From: Minisyncoccota bacterium
GTDB taxonomy: Bacteria; Patescibacteriota; Minisyncoccia; UBA9983
Reading direction: 5' to 3'
Length of the DNA: 36,791 nt
NCBI GenBank assembly: GCA_041648395.1
Contig: JBAZPC010000004.1
Location: 1-36,791, forward strand
This document shows, piece by piece, positions 8,068 through 17,604 of this stretch. The stretch's first letter is position 1, and the number at the start of each line of letters is the position of its first letter. The notes under the pieces are model-generated. The model had not been told where the DNA came from. It saw nothing but the letters and a program-made list of their open reading frames with translations, and made no database searches. The translations under genes were made by a program, and so were the position numbers.

Positions 8068-9513
8068 ATGCAAAAGACGGTTGCAATTTTATTGGCGGGG
8101 GTTGTGGCGGGGGTTTGTTTGCGGTCTTTTATTGATTTTGGCCTGGCATTTGCCGGGCTTTTTGTTTTTCTCGGGGTAATTTTTATTGTTGTTAGACACT
8201 CGGTGTCTAACAAGATTATTTTAGGTGTCGCATTATTTTTTATCGCGATGGGTTTGGGGATGTTTCGCTATGATATTAAAGATGCGCGCGATTTGTCGCT
8301 TGATAAAAATGTCGGCTCGCGGGTGGTGTTGCAGGGAATTATTAATGGCGAGCCGGACGAGCGGGAGAATTATACCCGCCTTGTGGTTGAGGCAGACCCG
8401 CCTGACGGCGAGGCAGGCAAAAATAAAATTTTAGTTTATACCCAACATTATCCGGAATTCAAATATGGAGACGAGGTAAAAATAAGTGGCGTATTAAAAA
8501 AGCCAAGCAATTTTAGTAATGACTTTGATTGGGAGTCATATCTTGCCAAAGACGAAATTTATTATGAAATGTTTTATCCCCAGACAAATCTGATTTCGTC
8601 TGGCAATGGATTTTTTATCAAGCGCTGGATGTTCGCGATAAAAGAAAAATTTATTAGTGTCTTAAATAACGCCATGCCGGAGCCGAATTCCGGTTTTATG
8701 GCGGGAGTCACCATCGGCGCAAGAAAAAGCATGCCGAAAGATTTATTGGATGATTTCAAAAAAACGGGAATTATCCATGTAGTCGTGCTTTCCGGATACA
8801 ACATCACCTTGGTTGCCGATTTCATAATGCGCGCGTTTTCTTTTTTACCGCAGGCGCTGGGGATAAATTTGGGCGCAATCGGTATTATTCTTTTTACTTT
8901 GATGGCGGGCGCCAGCGCGGCGACCGTGCGCGCCTCAATTATGGCACTGCTTGTTATTTTGGCGCGGGCGACTGGCAGGATTTACGCCATCACTTGGGCG
9001 CTTTTTCTCACCGGCTTTTTTATGGTTTTGCAAAATCCAAAAATTCTCCGTTTTGACGCCGGTTTCCAGCTTTCGTTTCTTGCCACACTGGCGCTGATTT
9101 ATTTGGCGCCGCATTTTGACAAAAAACTTCACTTTATCACAAATAAATGGAAAATTCGCGAGATTGTTTCTGCTTCTATTGCCACGCAAGCTTTCGTTCT
9201 GCCACTGCTTTTATATAAAACGGGAATTTTCTCCGTCGTTGCCTTGCCGGTTAATCTTTTAATTTTAATTTTTATGCCAGTCACCATGCTTTTGGGATTT
9301 GTCACTGCCGGCGCTGGCATGATTTGGGGAGTGTTAGCTGTTCCTCTTGGCTGGCTCGGCTATGCCCTCACCCAATATGAACTTTTTGTGGTAAAAATTT
9401 TCGCCAACCTGCCCTTCGCGTCATTTAATATAAAAAACTTTCCGTTATGGCTGATGCTGGGAATATATGCAGTTTACGCTTGGTGGATTTATAAAATAAA
9501 AAAGAGCGGTTGA
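8068..9513 (+). CDS. comEC: ComEC/Rec2 competence membrane protein (OB-like and Competence domains, no MBL domain)
   Basis: HVVVLSGYN, RASIM, GFQLSF and multiple TM segments. ATG 8068 follows TGtTATCAT. Confidence 0.9.
   Translation: MQKTVAILLAGVVAGVCLRSFIDFGLAFAGLFVFLGVIFIVVRHSVSNKIILGVALFFIAMGLGMFRYDIKDARDLSLDKNVGSRVVLQGIINGEPDERENYTRLVVEADPPDGEAGKNKILVYTQHYPEFKYGDEVKISGVLKKPSNFSNDFDWESYLAKDEIYYEMFYPQTNLISSGNGFFIKRWMFAIKEKFISVLNNAMPEPNSGFMAGVTIGARKSMPKDLLDDFKKTGIIHVVVLSGYNITLVADFIMRAFSFLPQALGINLGAIGIILFTLMAGASAATVRASIMALLVILARATGRIYAITWALFLTGFFMVLQNPKILRFDAGFQLSFLATLALIYLAPHFDKKLHFITNKWKIREIVSASIATQAFVLPLLLYKTGIFSVVALPVNLLILIFMPVTMLLGFVTAGAGMIWGVLAVPLGWLGYALTQYELFVVKIFANLPFASFNIKNFPLWLMLGIYAVYAWWIYKIKKSG
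8397..8417. repeat. 21-bp GC-rich palindromic element inside comEC
   Basis: CCCGCCT-gacggcg-AGGCAGG; the reverse complement shares both arms with 14879-14899. Confidence 0.65.
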
Positions 9514-9526
9514 TTTCCCGCTCTTT
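9501..9526. terminator. Hairpin terminator between comEC and convergent ORF
   Basis: AAAGAGCGG-ttgatttc-CCGCTCTTT. Confidence 0.7.
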
Positions 9527-9535
9527 AGTCTTCCT

Positions 9536-9952
9536 TTACTTTCCCTTTCCTCCGTAATTTTTGTGCCACGATGGCTTGTATACCTTAACGTCGTTTTTAC
9601 CCACTTCTAACTCTAAAGCAACTTCTTTAAGGAGCTTTTTCTCTTTCTTATTGAATAATCCTAATGAATGCACGCGCGTTAATGCGGAAGTAACCTCATA
9701 ATCTTTTAGATCAATCATGGAGAGCATACTGCAGGCATGCAGATTACTTAAGGCGCTATCTACCTGCTCGCAATAAGGAGAATAGTCCCTTGTGTCAAAA
9801 ATAAAATCTTTGAATATTTTTTTAAACCTCTCTTTTTTTGACATGGCGTAAAAGAAAGCCATTATTTCTGGTTTGCTCGCTCTTACTCTTGTGCCTGCGT
9901 CCAAAAGGCCAAAAACACAAAAAACAACGTCTGACGGAATTTTTGGTATCAT
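9536..9952 (-). CDS. Hypothetical protein (about 138 aa), possibly winged-helix/SocA-like
   Basis: AAGGAG SD before ATG 9952. F..YSPYCEQVDSALSNL weakly resembles the SocA/DUF4065 GP.S motif (low confidence). Confidence 0.6.
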   Translation of the reverse strand: MIPKIPSDVVFCVFGLLDAGTRVRASKPEIMAFFYAMSKKERFKKIFKDFIFDTRDYSPYCEQVDSALSNLHACSMLSMIDLKDYEVTSALTRVHSLGLFNKKEKKLLKEVALELEVGKNDVKVYKPSWHKNYGGKGK

Positions 9953-10014
9953 CTTTTCTCCTTTTAAATTAAAGTTCAAATATCTGCCCTTATGCTAAAA
10001 TAAAACCATAAAAA

Positions 10015-10869
10015 ATGCAATCTTTTAGAAAAAATTTTAAATGGTATTTTGTCGGTGTTCTGTTTCTGGCGGCGTTTTTTGTTTGGTACGCGGTTTATGC
10101 GGAAAGCAGGCAGGAATTGGAAGTTGATTTTCTTGATGTTGGGCAAGGCGATGCCATTTTTATCCAAGCATCAAACGGCAACCAAATTTTGATTGACGCC
10201 GGGCCGAACAAGGCGGTTTTGCGCGAATTGTCAAAGGTGATGCCGTTTTACGACAGAAGCATTGATATGGTAATAGAATCGCATCCGGATTCTGACCACA
10301 TCGGCGGTTTGCCTGAAATTCTTAACAGGTATGATGTTGGCGTAGTGATGGAATCGGGAGTGAATACTGATAGCGCCGTTTACGCCGAAACGGAAAAATT
10401 GATTAGTGAGAAAAATATTAAAAAAATACTGGCGAGAAAAGAAACGCGCGTAAACTTGGGTGACGGCGGATATATGGATATTTTATTTCCAGACAGAGAC
10501 GTTGCCGGCATGGATACTAACGACGCGTCTATAATAATGAAATTGCAATATGGCAGCAAGTCATTTCTTTTTACCGGCGACTCGCCGGCGAAAATGGAAA
10601 AATACCTCATTTCTTTAGATGGAAAAAATTTAGATGCTGATGTTTTGAAGGTCGGTCATCATGGCTCAAAAACTTCCAGCTCACAAGAGTTTCTCGGCTA
10701 TGTTTCGCCGGAGTACGCGGTTATTTCCGTCGGCAAGGACAACAAATACGGACATCCGCATCAGGAAATATTGGACCGCTTTCAAAAATTCGGTATCAAC
10801 ATTCTCCGCACCGACCAACTCGGCGCGATTAAAATAAAATCAGACGGAGAAAATTTTAAAATCCAATAA
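10015..10869 (+). CDS. ComEC C-terminal-type MBL-fold hydrolase, stand-alone
   Basis: FLDVGQGDA, HPDSDHIGG, FTGD, KVGHHGS, YGHP; N-terminal TM anchor. Confidence 0.9.
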   Translation: MQSFRKNFKWYFVGVLFLAAFFVWYAVYAESRQELEVDFLDVGQGDAIFIQASNGNQILIDAGPNKAVLRELSKVMPFYDRSIDMVIESHPDSDHIGGLPEILNRYDVGVVMESGVNTDSAVYAETEKLISEKNIKKILARKETRVNLGDGGYMDILFPDRDVAGMDTNDASIIMKLQYGSKSFLFTGDSPAKMEKYLISLDGKNLDADVLKVGHHGSKTSSSQEFLGYVSPEYAVISVGKDNKYGHPHQEILDRFQKFGINILRTDQLGAIKIKSDGENFKIQ

Positions 10870-10977
10870 CCCACTAGGGTATTCCAAGTTCTTGCTATCG
10901 CTAGAAGTTGGTATACTCTTAGATTGTTTGCAGATTAATTGTTTGCAAATTAGAGAAAAATCTTTTAAGATTATTTT

Positions 10978-11574
10978 ATGAAAAACGAACGAACACTTAT
11001 TATAATTAAACCGGACGGGATACAAAGAACTCTCATTGGAGAAATAATAAAAAGGTATGAAAGAACCGGCCTCAAATTGATTGGCTTGAAAATGTCCATT
11101 CCAAATAAAGAGCATGTGAAAAAACATTATCTGGTTGACCCAGAATGGGTGAGAAAAGTCGGCGAGAAAGCCATCTCTTCTTATCAAAAAAAAGGATTGA
11201 CCCCGCCGTCAAACAATCCGGAGGAAATCGGCAATAAAATTCTTGAAAATCTTCAGAATTATCTTTCTTCCGGCCCAGTGATTGCCATGGTGTGGCAAGG
11301 AAATCAGGCAGTGGGCATTGTCAGGAAGATTACCGGCGGCACGGAACCGCTCACTTCCGATGTGGGCACTATCCGCGGTGACCTAACCGTTGATTCTTAT
11401 CAAATTGCGGACACGGACAGCCGTCCCATTAGAAATTTAATTCACGCTTCCGGAACAGTTGAAGAGGCAGAAAAAGAAATCGCTCTTTGGTTTTCGAATG
11501 ATGAAATTTTAAACTACCGCCTGATTCAAGAACAAATTCTTTACGACGTCAACTTAGATGGAATTTTAGAATAA
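10978..11574 (+). CDS. ndk: Nucleoside diphosphate kinase
   Basis: IIKPDG, SGPV, GTIRGD, NLIHASG. Confidence 0.95.
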   Translation: MKNERTLIIIKPDGIQRTLIGEIIKRYERTGLKLIGLKMSIPNKEHVKKHYLVDPEWVRKVGEKAISSYQKKGLTPPSNNPEEIGNKILENLQNYLSSGPVIAMVWQGNQAVGIVRKITGGTEPLTSDVGTIRGDLTVDSYQIADTDSRPIRNLIHASGTVEEAEKEIALWFSNDEILNYRLIQEQILYDVNLDGILE

Positions 11575-11686
11575 ACGGCTCTTTTTAACGCTCTAAAAGT
11601 TGACCCCCTGTCTTTTTGTGTTTGAGATTGGGAAAGTGGATAATTTTTCTTGTGAAGTTTTTTCATCGCGGGTGTATAATATGAGC

Positions 11687-11815
11687 AGGTTATTGAGGGT
11701 GTACTTTCTAGATCAAATAATTTGCTTCGGGAGCCCTAAGTCTTATCGGCCCTTGGGTCGGTTCGCTGGCACCCACCTGGCATTTAGCTAGGAAAGTTCC
11801 CACCTTCAGTAACCT
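11687..11815 (+). ncRNA. ssrS: Probable 6S RNA, compact (about 129 nt)
   Basis: 5' AGGTTATTGAGGGTG pairs with 3' CACCTTCAGTAACCT; ACTTTCTAG pairs with CTAGGAAAGT; central bubble; GGGAGCC/GGCACCC-ACCTG motif typical of 6S. TATAAT at 11675-11680 and a terminator downstream. Confidence 0.7.
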
Positions 11816-11822
11816 AATAAAG

Positions 11823-11845
11823 AATCTCGCTCGGCGGGATTTTTT
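11823..11845 (+). terminator. Intrinsic terminator after 6S-like RNA
   Basis: AATCTCGC-tcg-GCGGGATT-TTTT. Confidence 0.7.
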
Positions 11846-11875
11846 ATTTCAAGAAATTAATGTATGATATAGGAA

Positions 11876-13261
11876 ATGGCGCAAAAAGATAAAATTCGTT
11901 TCTCATTTTTTGGCGGAGTCGGAGAGGTGACCGGCGCCAATTATCTCTTGGAAGGAGAAAAGGGAGGCAAAAAAACATCTCTGATTATTGATTGCGGGTT
12001 TTTTCAGGGTTCAAGAATAAGCGAAGAAAAAAATAAGGAGCCGTTCCCATTCAATATAAGTTCCGTTGACGCCGTTCTTATCACCCATGCTCACATTGAC
12101 CATATCGGCAGAATTCCAAAACTGGTAAAAGATGACTATAAGGGGAAAATTTTTTCCACTATTCCGACAAAAGAATTTTCCGAAATAATGCTGGAAGACA
12201 GCTTGGGAATTTTAATGAAAGAAAACAAGCGCAACGGGAAACAGGATTTGATTTACGATGAAAACGACATTAGGAAAGCAATGAGCCAATGGGAGGCGGT
12301 TGATTATCATCAAGAATTCAGTGTGGGCGACTTTAAAATAGTTTTCAAAGACGCCGGTCACATTCTCGGCTCGGCGATAATTGAACTGGAATTTAACGGC
12401 AAGAAAATTGTTTTTTCCGGCGACCTAGGCAACCCGCCCAACCCTTTGCTTAAAAACACGGAAAAAATAACCGATGCCGATTATATGGTGGTGGAAAGCA
12501 CTTATGGCGACAGGGAACACGAGCACTTAGGTGATGCCAATTTAAAACTAGAAAGAGTAATTGAAGATACAATTCAAAAAAGAGGCGTTTTAATGATTCC
12601 TGTTTTTTCCATTGAACGGACCCAAAAAATCCTTTTTGAAATAAACGATTTCGTTGAGCACGGCCGTATTCCGAAAGTGCCTATTTTTTTAGACAGCCCT
12701 TTGGCAATTAAGGCCACCAACATATACAAAAAAAATCAAAAATATTTCAATGAAAGCGCCAAAAACATCATCCGTTCCGGAGACGAGCTTTTCAATTTTC
12801 CCGGCCTCAAAATGACTCCGACCGTTGAGGAATCAAAAGCCATAAACGAAGTGCCGGCGCCGAAAATTATTTTGGCCGGTTCGGGAATGTCCAACGGCGG
12901 AAGGATTGTGCACCATGAAATGCGTTATCTTTCCGATTCTAAAAACGCCTTGCTTCTTATCGGATACCAAGCGGCTGGGTCCTTGGGCAGATATATTCAG
13001 GACGGGGCGAAGACGGCGAATATTTTGGGCGAGACGGTGGCGATAAGAGCGAAGATTGAAAACATCAGCGGTTATTCGTCCCATCCCGACACCAATGAGC
13101 TTTTTGATTTCGTCCATAATTCAGAAGACACATTAAAAAAAGTTTTTGTCGTTCAGGGCGAGCCAAAAAGCTCGTTATTTTTTGTTCAAAAACTGCGGGA
13201 CAATCTCGGCATTGACGCTGTTATGCCGAAATATGGAGAAAGTTACGAGTTTGAGGTATAA
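11876..13261 (+). CDS. MBL-fold metallo-hydrolase, beta-CASP (RNA-processing type)
   Basis: THAHIDHIG, AGHILGS, FSGDLG, ESTYGDR, SSHPD. Confidence 0.9.
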   Translation: MAQKDKIRFSFFGGVGEVTGANYLLEGEKGGKKTSLIIDCGFFQGSRISEEKNKEPFPFNISSVDAVLITHAHIDHIGRIPKLVKDDYKGKIFSTIPTKEFSEIMLEDSLGILMKENKRNGKQDLIYDENDIRKAMSQWEAVDYHQEFSVGDFKIVFKDAGHILGSAIIELEFNGKKIVFSGDLGNPPNPLLKNTEKITDADYMVVESTYGDREHEHLGDANLKLERVIEDTIQKRGVLMIPVFSIERTQKILFEINDFVEHGRIPKVPIFLDSPLAIKATNIYKKNQKYFNESAKNIIRSGDELFNFPGLKMTPTVEESKAINEVPAPKIILAGSGMSNGGRIVHHEMRYLSDSKNALLLIGYQAAGSLGRYIQDGAKTANILGETVAIRAKIENISGYSSHPDTNELFDFVHNSEDTLKKVFVVQGEPKSSLFFVQKLRDNLGIDAVMPKYGESYEFEV

Positions 13262-13274
13262 TTTAAAATAACTT

Positions 13275-13847
13275 ATGGATCAAGACAGGCACATGCATTT
13301 GAAAATAAAAATCTGCGTCTCGGGCGCGGCGGAAACGGGGCACTGCGGCCCAGATTCTTTGGAGCTGGCAAAGGAAGTAGGGAGGGAGATAGCGCGACAG
13401 GGAGCGGTGCTCGTCACAGGCGCCACCACTGGCTTTCCTTTTTGGTCAGCCATGGGCGCTAAGGAAGTCGGCGGAATATCATTGGGACTTTCGCCCGCGT
13501 CCACAGAAAAGGAGCACGTTGAGGGCTATAAACTGCCTTTAGAATTTCAGGATTTGATTATTTATACCGGTTTTGGTTATTCCGGCAGAAACCTGCTTCT
13601 CACTCGTTCGTCTGACGCCGTTATTGTCGGCTGCGGCAGAATGGGCACGCTGAACGAATTTACTATCGCCTATGAAGACGACAAGCCGATAGGAATTCTG
13701 CAGGGGAGCTGGCAAACAGACGAATTGATAGACAAAATTATCAAAGAATCTCACAGGGGGCCGGGGAAAGTTATTTTTGATTCAGACCCGAAAAAACTCG
13801 TGGAAAGAATAATTGAGCTCGTAAAAAAAGACAAAATCAGCAAATAA
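13275..13847 (+). CDS. LOG/SLOG-family (TIGR00725-like) protein
   Basis: LVTGATTG, GYSGRN, GTLNEF pattern. Confidence 0.8.
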   Translation: MDQDRHMHLKIKICVSGAAETGHCGPDSLELAKEVGREIARQGAVLVTGATTGFPFWSAMGAKEVGGISLGLSPASTEKEHVEGYKLPLEFQDLIIYTGFGYSGRNLLLTRSSDAVIVGCGRMGTLNEFTIAYEDDKPIGILQGSWQTDELIDKIIKESHRGPGKVIFDSDPKKLVERIIELVKKDKISK

Positions 13848-13853
13848 TTTTTA

Positions 13854-16538
13854 ATGAATAAAAATTGGCATACTCTTTCAACTCTTGATGTTATTAAATT
13901 GTTGGGGTCGGAAGAATACGGACTGACTAAAGAAGAGGCAAAAAAGCGTCTCCAAGAATATGGCCCAAATAAACTAGCGGAAGGAAAGAAAGATTCTCTT
14001 GCCGTTATTTTTTTGCGTCAGTTTCAAAGCCCTCTGATATATATTCTTTTTGCGGCGGGCATGATTGTTTTTGCCATGGGAAATATTACTGATGGCTTTG
14101 TTATTTTTGCTGTCCTTATTTTTAACGCCATTGCGGGGACATTGCAAGAAGGCAAGGCGCGAAACACTTTACTTGCCCTTAAAAATTTTTCTGAGACCAA
14201 CGCCACTGTGTTACGTGACAACAGGGAAATAGTTGTTCCAGACAAAGAAGTGGTTCCGGGAGACATTATTGCGATTCAAGAAGGAGAAAAGGCGCCGGCT
14301 GACGCCAGAATTATTTTTTCTAATTATTTCAAAGTTGACGAAGCGGCATTGACCGGTGAATCAGCGTCTATTCATAAAACTCCCGACATTTTGGCAGACG
14401 AAGATTTGCCGGTTGCCGACCAAAAAAATATGATTTTCAAGGGAACCCATATTGTTGCAGGTAATGCAAAAGCTATTGTTGTTGCCACTGGCCCCTTGAC
14501 CGTTATTGGAAAAATTTCCAGGGAGATCGCCGGTATAAAAACGGAAATTCCTTTAAAAGCAAATATCCGTTATCTTTCTAGGATTATTATCGCGGCCGTA
14601 GCGGTAATAAGCTTTACTTTGTTTTTTCTTGGCCTCGCTATGGGGAAACCAGCCAAGGAGATGTTTGCCACGGTCGTTTCTCTCTCTGTTTCCATTATTC
14701 CGGAAGGTTTGCTCGTCGTGATGACTTTAGTTTTGGCAACGGGGGTGTGGAGAATGAGCAGGCGCAATGCCTTGGTAAAAAAACTTCAAGCGGTGGAGGC
14801 GTTAGGCCAAGCGCGCGTTATTGCTATGGACAAGACGGGAACTATCACTAAAAACGAAATGGTTGTTAAAAAAGTTTACCTGCCTGCCGGCAAGGCGGGC
14901 ACAAACGGCAATTTTTTTGAAGTTGGCGGCGACGGATACGAACCTAGAGGCGAGATAACGCTTGGAGATAGAGCCGTAGACCCCCTTAATCATCCGGAAA
15001 TGATTTTAGCCGGAAGAGTCGCTTCCTTTTGCGCAAATGCGCATACTTTTTTTCTGGAGGAGGAAAAACGGTGGCATATTGCCGGAGATCCGACTGAAGC
15101 GGCTATCGGGGTATTTGCCGAAAAAATCGGTTTTCATAAAGACGAGCTGGAACGCGAGTCGCCGAGAATTGCTGACATCCCTTTTGATTACAAAAATAAA
15201 TATCATGCGACTCTTCATGAAGAAGTCGGGGGTGGAGGATTTTTAACCGTGGTCGGCGCGCCGGAAGTCATACTGGATCTTTCTAAATTATCAGAAGAAG
15301 AAAAAATGAAATTGGAATCCGTTTTTCATAAAATGTCTGAAGACGGCCTGCGAGTCCTTGCTTTTGCGGCCAAAAAGGGAAAAAAGGAAAATATTTCTCC
15401 TGAAGATGTTAATAATCTAACCTTTGCCGGTTTTTTCGGAATAAAAGACAGCTTGCGGCCCGAAGCGATTGAATCAATTGGGAAGGCAAAATCGGCGGGA
15501 ATAAAAGTAGTGATGATTACTGGCGACCATAAAATAACCGCCATGTCTATTGCGAAAGAAGCCGGTATTTTGGGAGAAAAAAAAGAAGAAGAAATAATTA
15601 TTACAGGTAAGGAAATAGACGGCCTTTCCGATTCCGAGCTTCGCAAAATAGTTGGAAAAGTTTTGGTATTTGCCAGAGTTACCCCTGAACATAAATTGAG
15701 AATCATTAGAGCGTACAGAGAAAATGGAGAAATTGTGGCCATGACCGGAGATGGGGTGAATGACGCCCCTTCTCTTGTGGCGGCCGATCTTGGAATAGCT
15801 ATGGGAAAAATCGGCACGGAGGTGGCAAAAGAAGCGTCAGATATAGTTATTTTGGACGACAATCTCAACAGCATCGTCTCTGCCATTGAGGAAGGGAGAA
15901 GTATTTATAAAACAATAAAAAAAGTCATTCTCTATCTTTTTTCGACAAGCATCGGCGAGGTGTTTACTATTGCCGGCGCGCTTCTTCTTGGTTTTCCTCT
16001 TCCTCTTTTGCCGGCGCAAATCATTTGGCTTAATTTTGTGACCGACGGATTTCTTGATGTGGCATTAGCCATGGAGCCGAAAGAAAAAGGCCTGCTTCAA
16101 AAAAAATTTGAACGGCCCAAAAAATATCTCGTCGATTTGCTGATGACAAAAAGAATGTTTCTTATGGCCATACCCATGGCGGTCGGAACGCTTTTTGTTT
16201 TTGAAAAATATTTCGGGACGGATATAGTGAAAGCATGGACAATATCTTTGACAATTTTGGCGGTGTTCCAGTGGTTTAACGCATGGAATTGCCGCTCTGA
16301 AGAGAGGTCAATTTTCCGGATGAATCCGTTTTCCAATAAATTTCTTATCGGCGCCACCATAGTTGTTATTTTACTGCAGTTATTGGTTATTTATAATCCT
16401 TTGATGCAAAAAATTATGCGGACAAGCCCTTTGGCTCTTTCTGATTGGCTGATTATTGTCCCGATTGCTTTTTCAATCATATTTTTTGAAGAAATAAGAA
16501 AATTCTTTTACCGAAGGAAACTAATTCCGCTCCGTTAG
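13854..16538 (+). CDS. Cation-transporting P-type ATPase (P2A/Ca2+-like)
   Basis: LTGES, IPEGL, DKTGT, GDPTE, ITGD, GDGVNDAP. Confidence 0.95.
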   Translation: MNKNWHTLSTLDVIKLLGSEEYGLTKEEAKKRLQEYGPNKLAEGKKDSLAVIFLRQFQSPLIYILFAAGMIVFAMGNITDGFVIFAVLIFNAIAGTLQEGKARNTLLALKNFSETNATVLRDNREIVVPDKEVVPGDIIAIQEGEKAPADARIIFSNYFKVDEAALTGESASIHKTPDILADEDLPVADQKNMIFKGTHIVAGNAKAIVVATGPLTVIGKISREIAGIKTEIPLKANIRYLSRIIIAAVAVISFTLFFLGLAMGKPAKEMFATVVSLSVSIIPEGLLVVMTLVLATGVWRMSRRNALVKKLQAVEALGQARVIAMDKTGTITKNEMVVKKVYLPAGKAGTNGNFFEVGGDGYEPRGEITLGDRAVDPLNHPEMILAGRVASFCANAHTFFLEEEKRWHIAGDPTEAAIGVFAEKIGFHKDELERESPRIADIPFDYKNKYHATLHEEVGGGGFLTVVGAPEVILDLSKLSEEEKMKLESVFHKMSEDGLRVLAFAAKKGKKENISPEDVNNLTFAGFFGIKDSLRPEAIESIGKAKSAGIKVVMITGDHKITAMSIAKEAGILGEKKEEEIIITGKEIDGLSDSELRKIVGKVLVFARVTPEHKLRIIRAYRENGEIVAMTGDGVNDAPSLVAADLGIAMGKIGTEVAKEASDIVILDDNLNSIVSAIEEGRSIYKTIKKVILYLFSTSIGEVFTIAGALLLGFPLPLLPAQIIWLNFVTDGFLDVALAMEPKEKGLLQKKFERPKKYLVDLLMTKRMFLMAIPMAVGTLFVFEKYFGTDIVKAWTISLTILAVFQWFNAWNCRSEERSIFRMNPFSNKFLIGATIVVILLQLLVIYNPLMQKIMRTSPLALSDWLIIVPIAFSIIFFEEIRKFFYRRKLIPLR
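14879..14899. repeat. 21-bp GC-rich palindromic element inside P-type ATPase
   Basis: CCTGCCT-gccggca-AGGCGGG (peptide LPAGKAG); same arms as the comEC copy in opposite orientation. Confidence 0.65.
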
Positions 16539-16568
16539 AAATTTTGCTATTTCTGCTATAATAAAGTT

Positions 16569-17600
16569 ATGGTAAATCATCAAAAATCAGAACTCTATTT
16601 CTTGTTCTTTCTCCTCGCTGGAATTTTTATCATCGTCTTTTTCATTTTTAAACCTTTTCTCTATGTCATTGTCTTGGCGATAGTTTTTGCAACTGTTTTT
16701 GGACCGCTACATAAAAAAATGCTCGCTATGACGCGAGATAGAAAGAGTTTGGCGGCGCTCCTCGTCACTGCCACTATTCTTGCCGTCGTTGTCGTACCCC
16801 TCACATTTTTAGGAATACAGATTTTTCAGGAAGCATCGGGGCTTTACTCTTCTCTCGTCGGCAATGGCGACGCAACCAACCTTTCTCGCGTCGTGGGTGA
16901 TACCATACAGGGTCTCGCAAGATTTTCTCCTGTGCCGATAGAGTTCTCCGTTGATGTTAACCAGTACTTAAAGCAGGGATTGAGTTGGTTACTCCAGCAT
17001 CTTGGTCCGCTTTTTGCGAATGTTGCAAAAGCAATGGCGAGCGTTTTTATATTCCTCATTGCTCTTTATTACTTATTTAAAGACGGTCACAAACTAAAAA
17101 GAGCCATCGTCGCTTTAAGTCCTTTGCAAGATATTCACGATGAAACAATTTTTAATAAACTTACCTCGGCAATTAATTCGGTCATCAAAGGAAATCTTGC
17201 GGTAGCGATCATTCAAGGCATATTAACCGCAATCGGGTTCGCTATTTTTGGAGTTCCCAATGCGACACTATGGGGCAGTGTTGCGGCAATCGCCGCATTA
17301 ATTCCCGGTATTGGAACGGCTTTGGTGCTTCTCCCTGCTATTCTCTACCTTTTCTTCAGTGGAGAAATGCTTTTCGCGGTTGGCCTTCTTATTTGGGGAG
17401 TGACGGCGGTGGGGCTTGTTGATAACTTTTTAGGACCAAAACTCGTTGGACGAGGGACACGGCTTCATCCGTTTCTTATTCTTCTTTCTATCTTGGGTGG
17501 CATTGTTTTTTTTGGCCCCCTCGGATTCTTACTAGGACCGCTTGTTTTAAGCTTACTTTTTGCTCTCCTTGAGATTTATTTCGCCATTAGTAACAAATAA
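16569..17600 (+). CDS. AI-2E family transporter
   Basis: Hydrophobic; QGILTAIGF, IPGIGT, DNFLGP...HP...GFLLGP pattern. Confidence 0.88.
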   Translation: MVNHQKSELYFLFFLLAGIFIIVFFIFKPFLYVIVLAIVFATVFGPLHKKMLAMTRDRKSLAALLVTATILAVVVVPLTFLGIQIFQEASGLYSSLVGNGDATNLSRVVGDTIQGLARFSPVPIEFSVDVNQYLKQGLSWLLQHLGPLFANVAKAMASVFIFLIALYYLFKDGHKLKRAIVALSPLQDIHDETIFNKLTSAINSVIKGNLAVAIIQGILTAIGFAIFGVPNATLWGSVAAIAALIPGIGTALVLLPAILYLFFSGEMLFAVGLLIWGVTAVGLVDNFLGPKLVGRGTRLHPFLILLSILGGIVFFGPLGFLLGPLVLSLLFALLEIYFAISNK

Positions 17601-17604
17601 AGAA

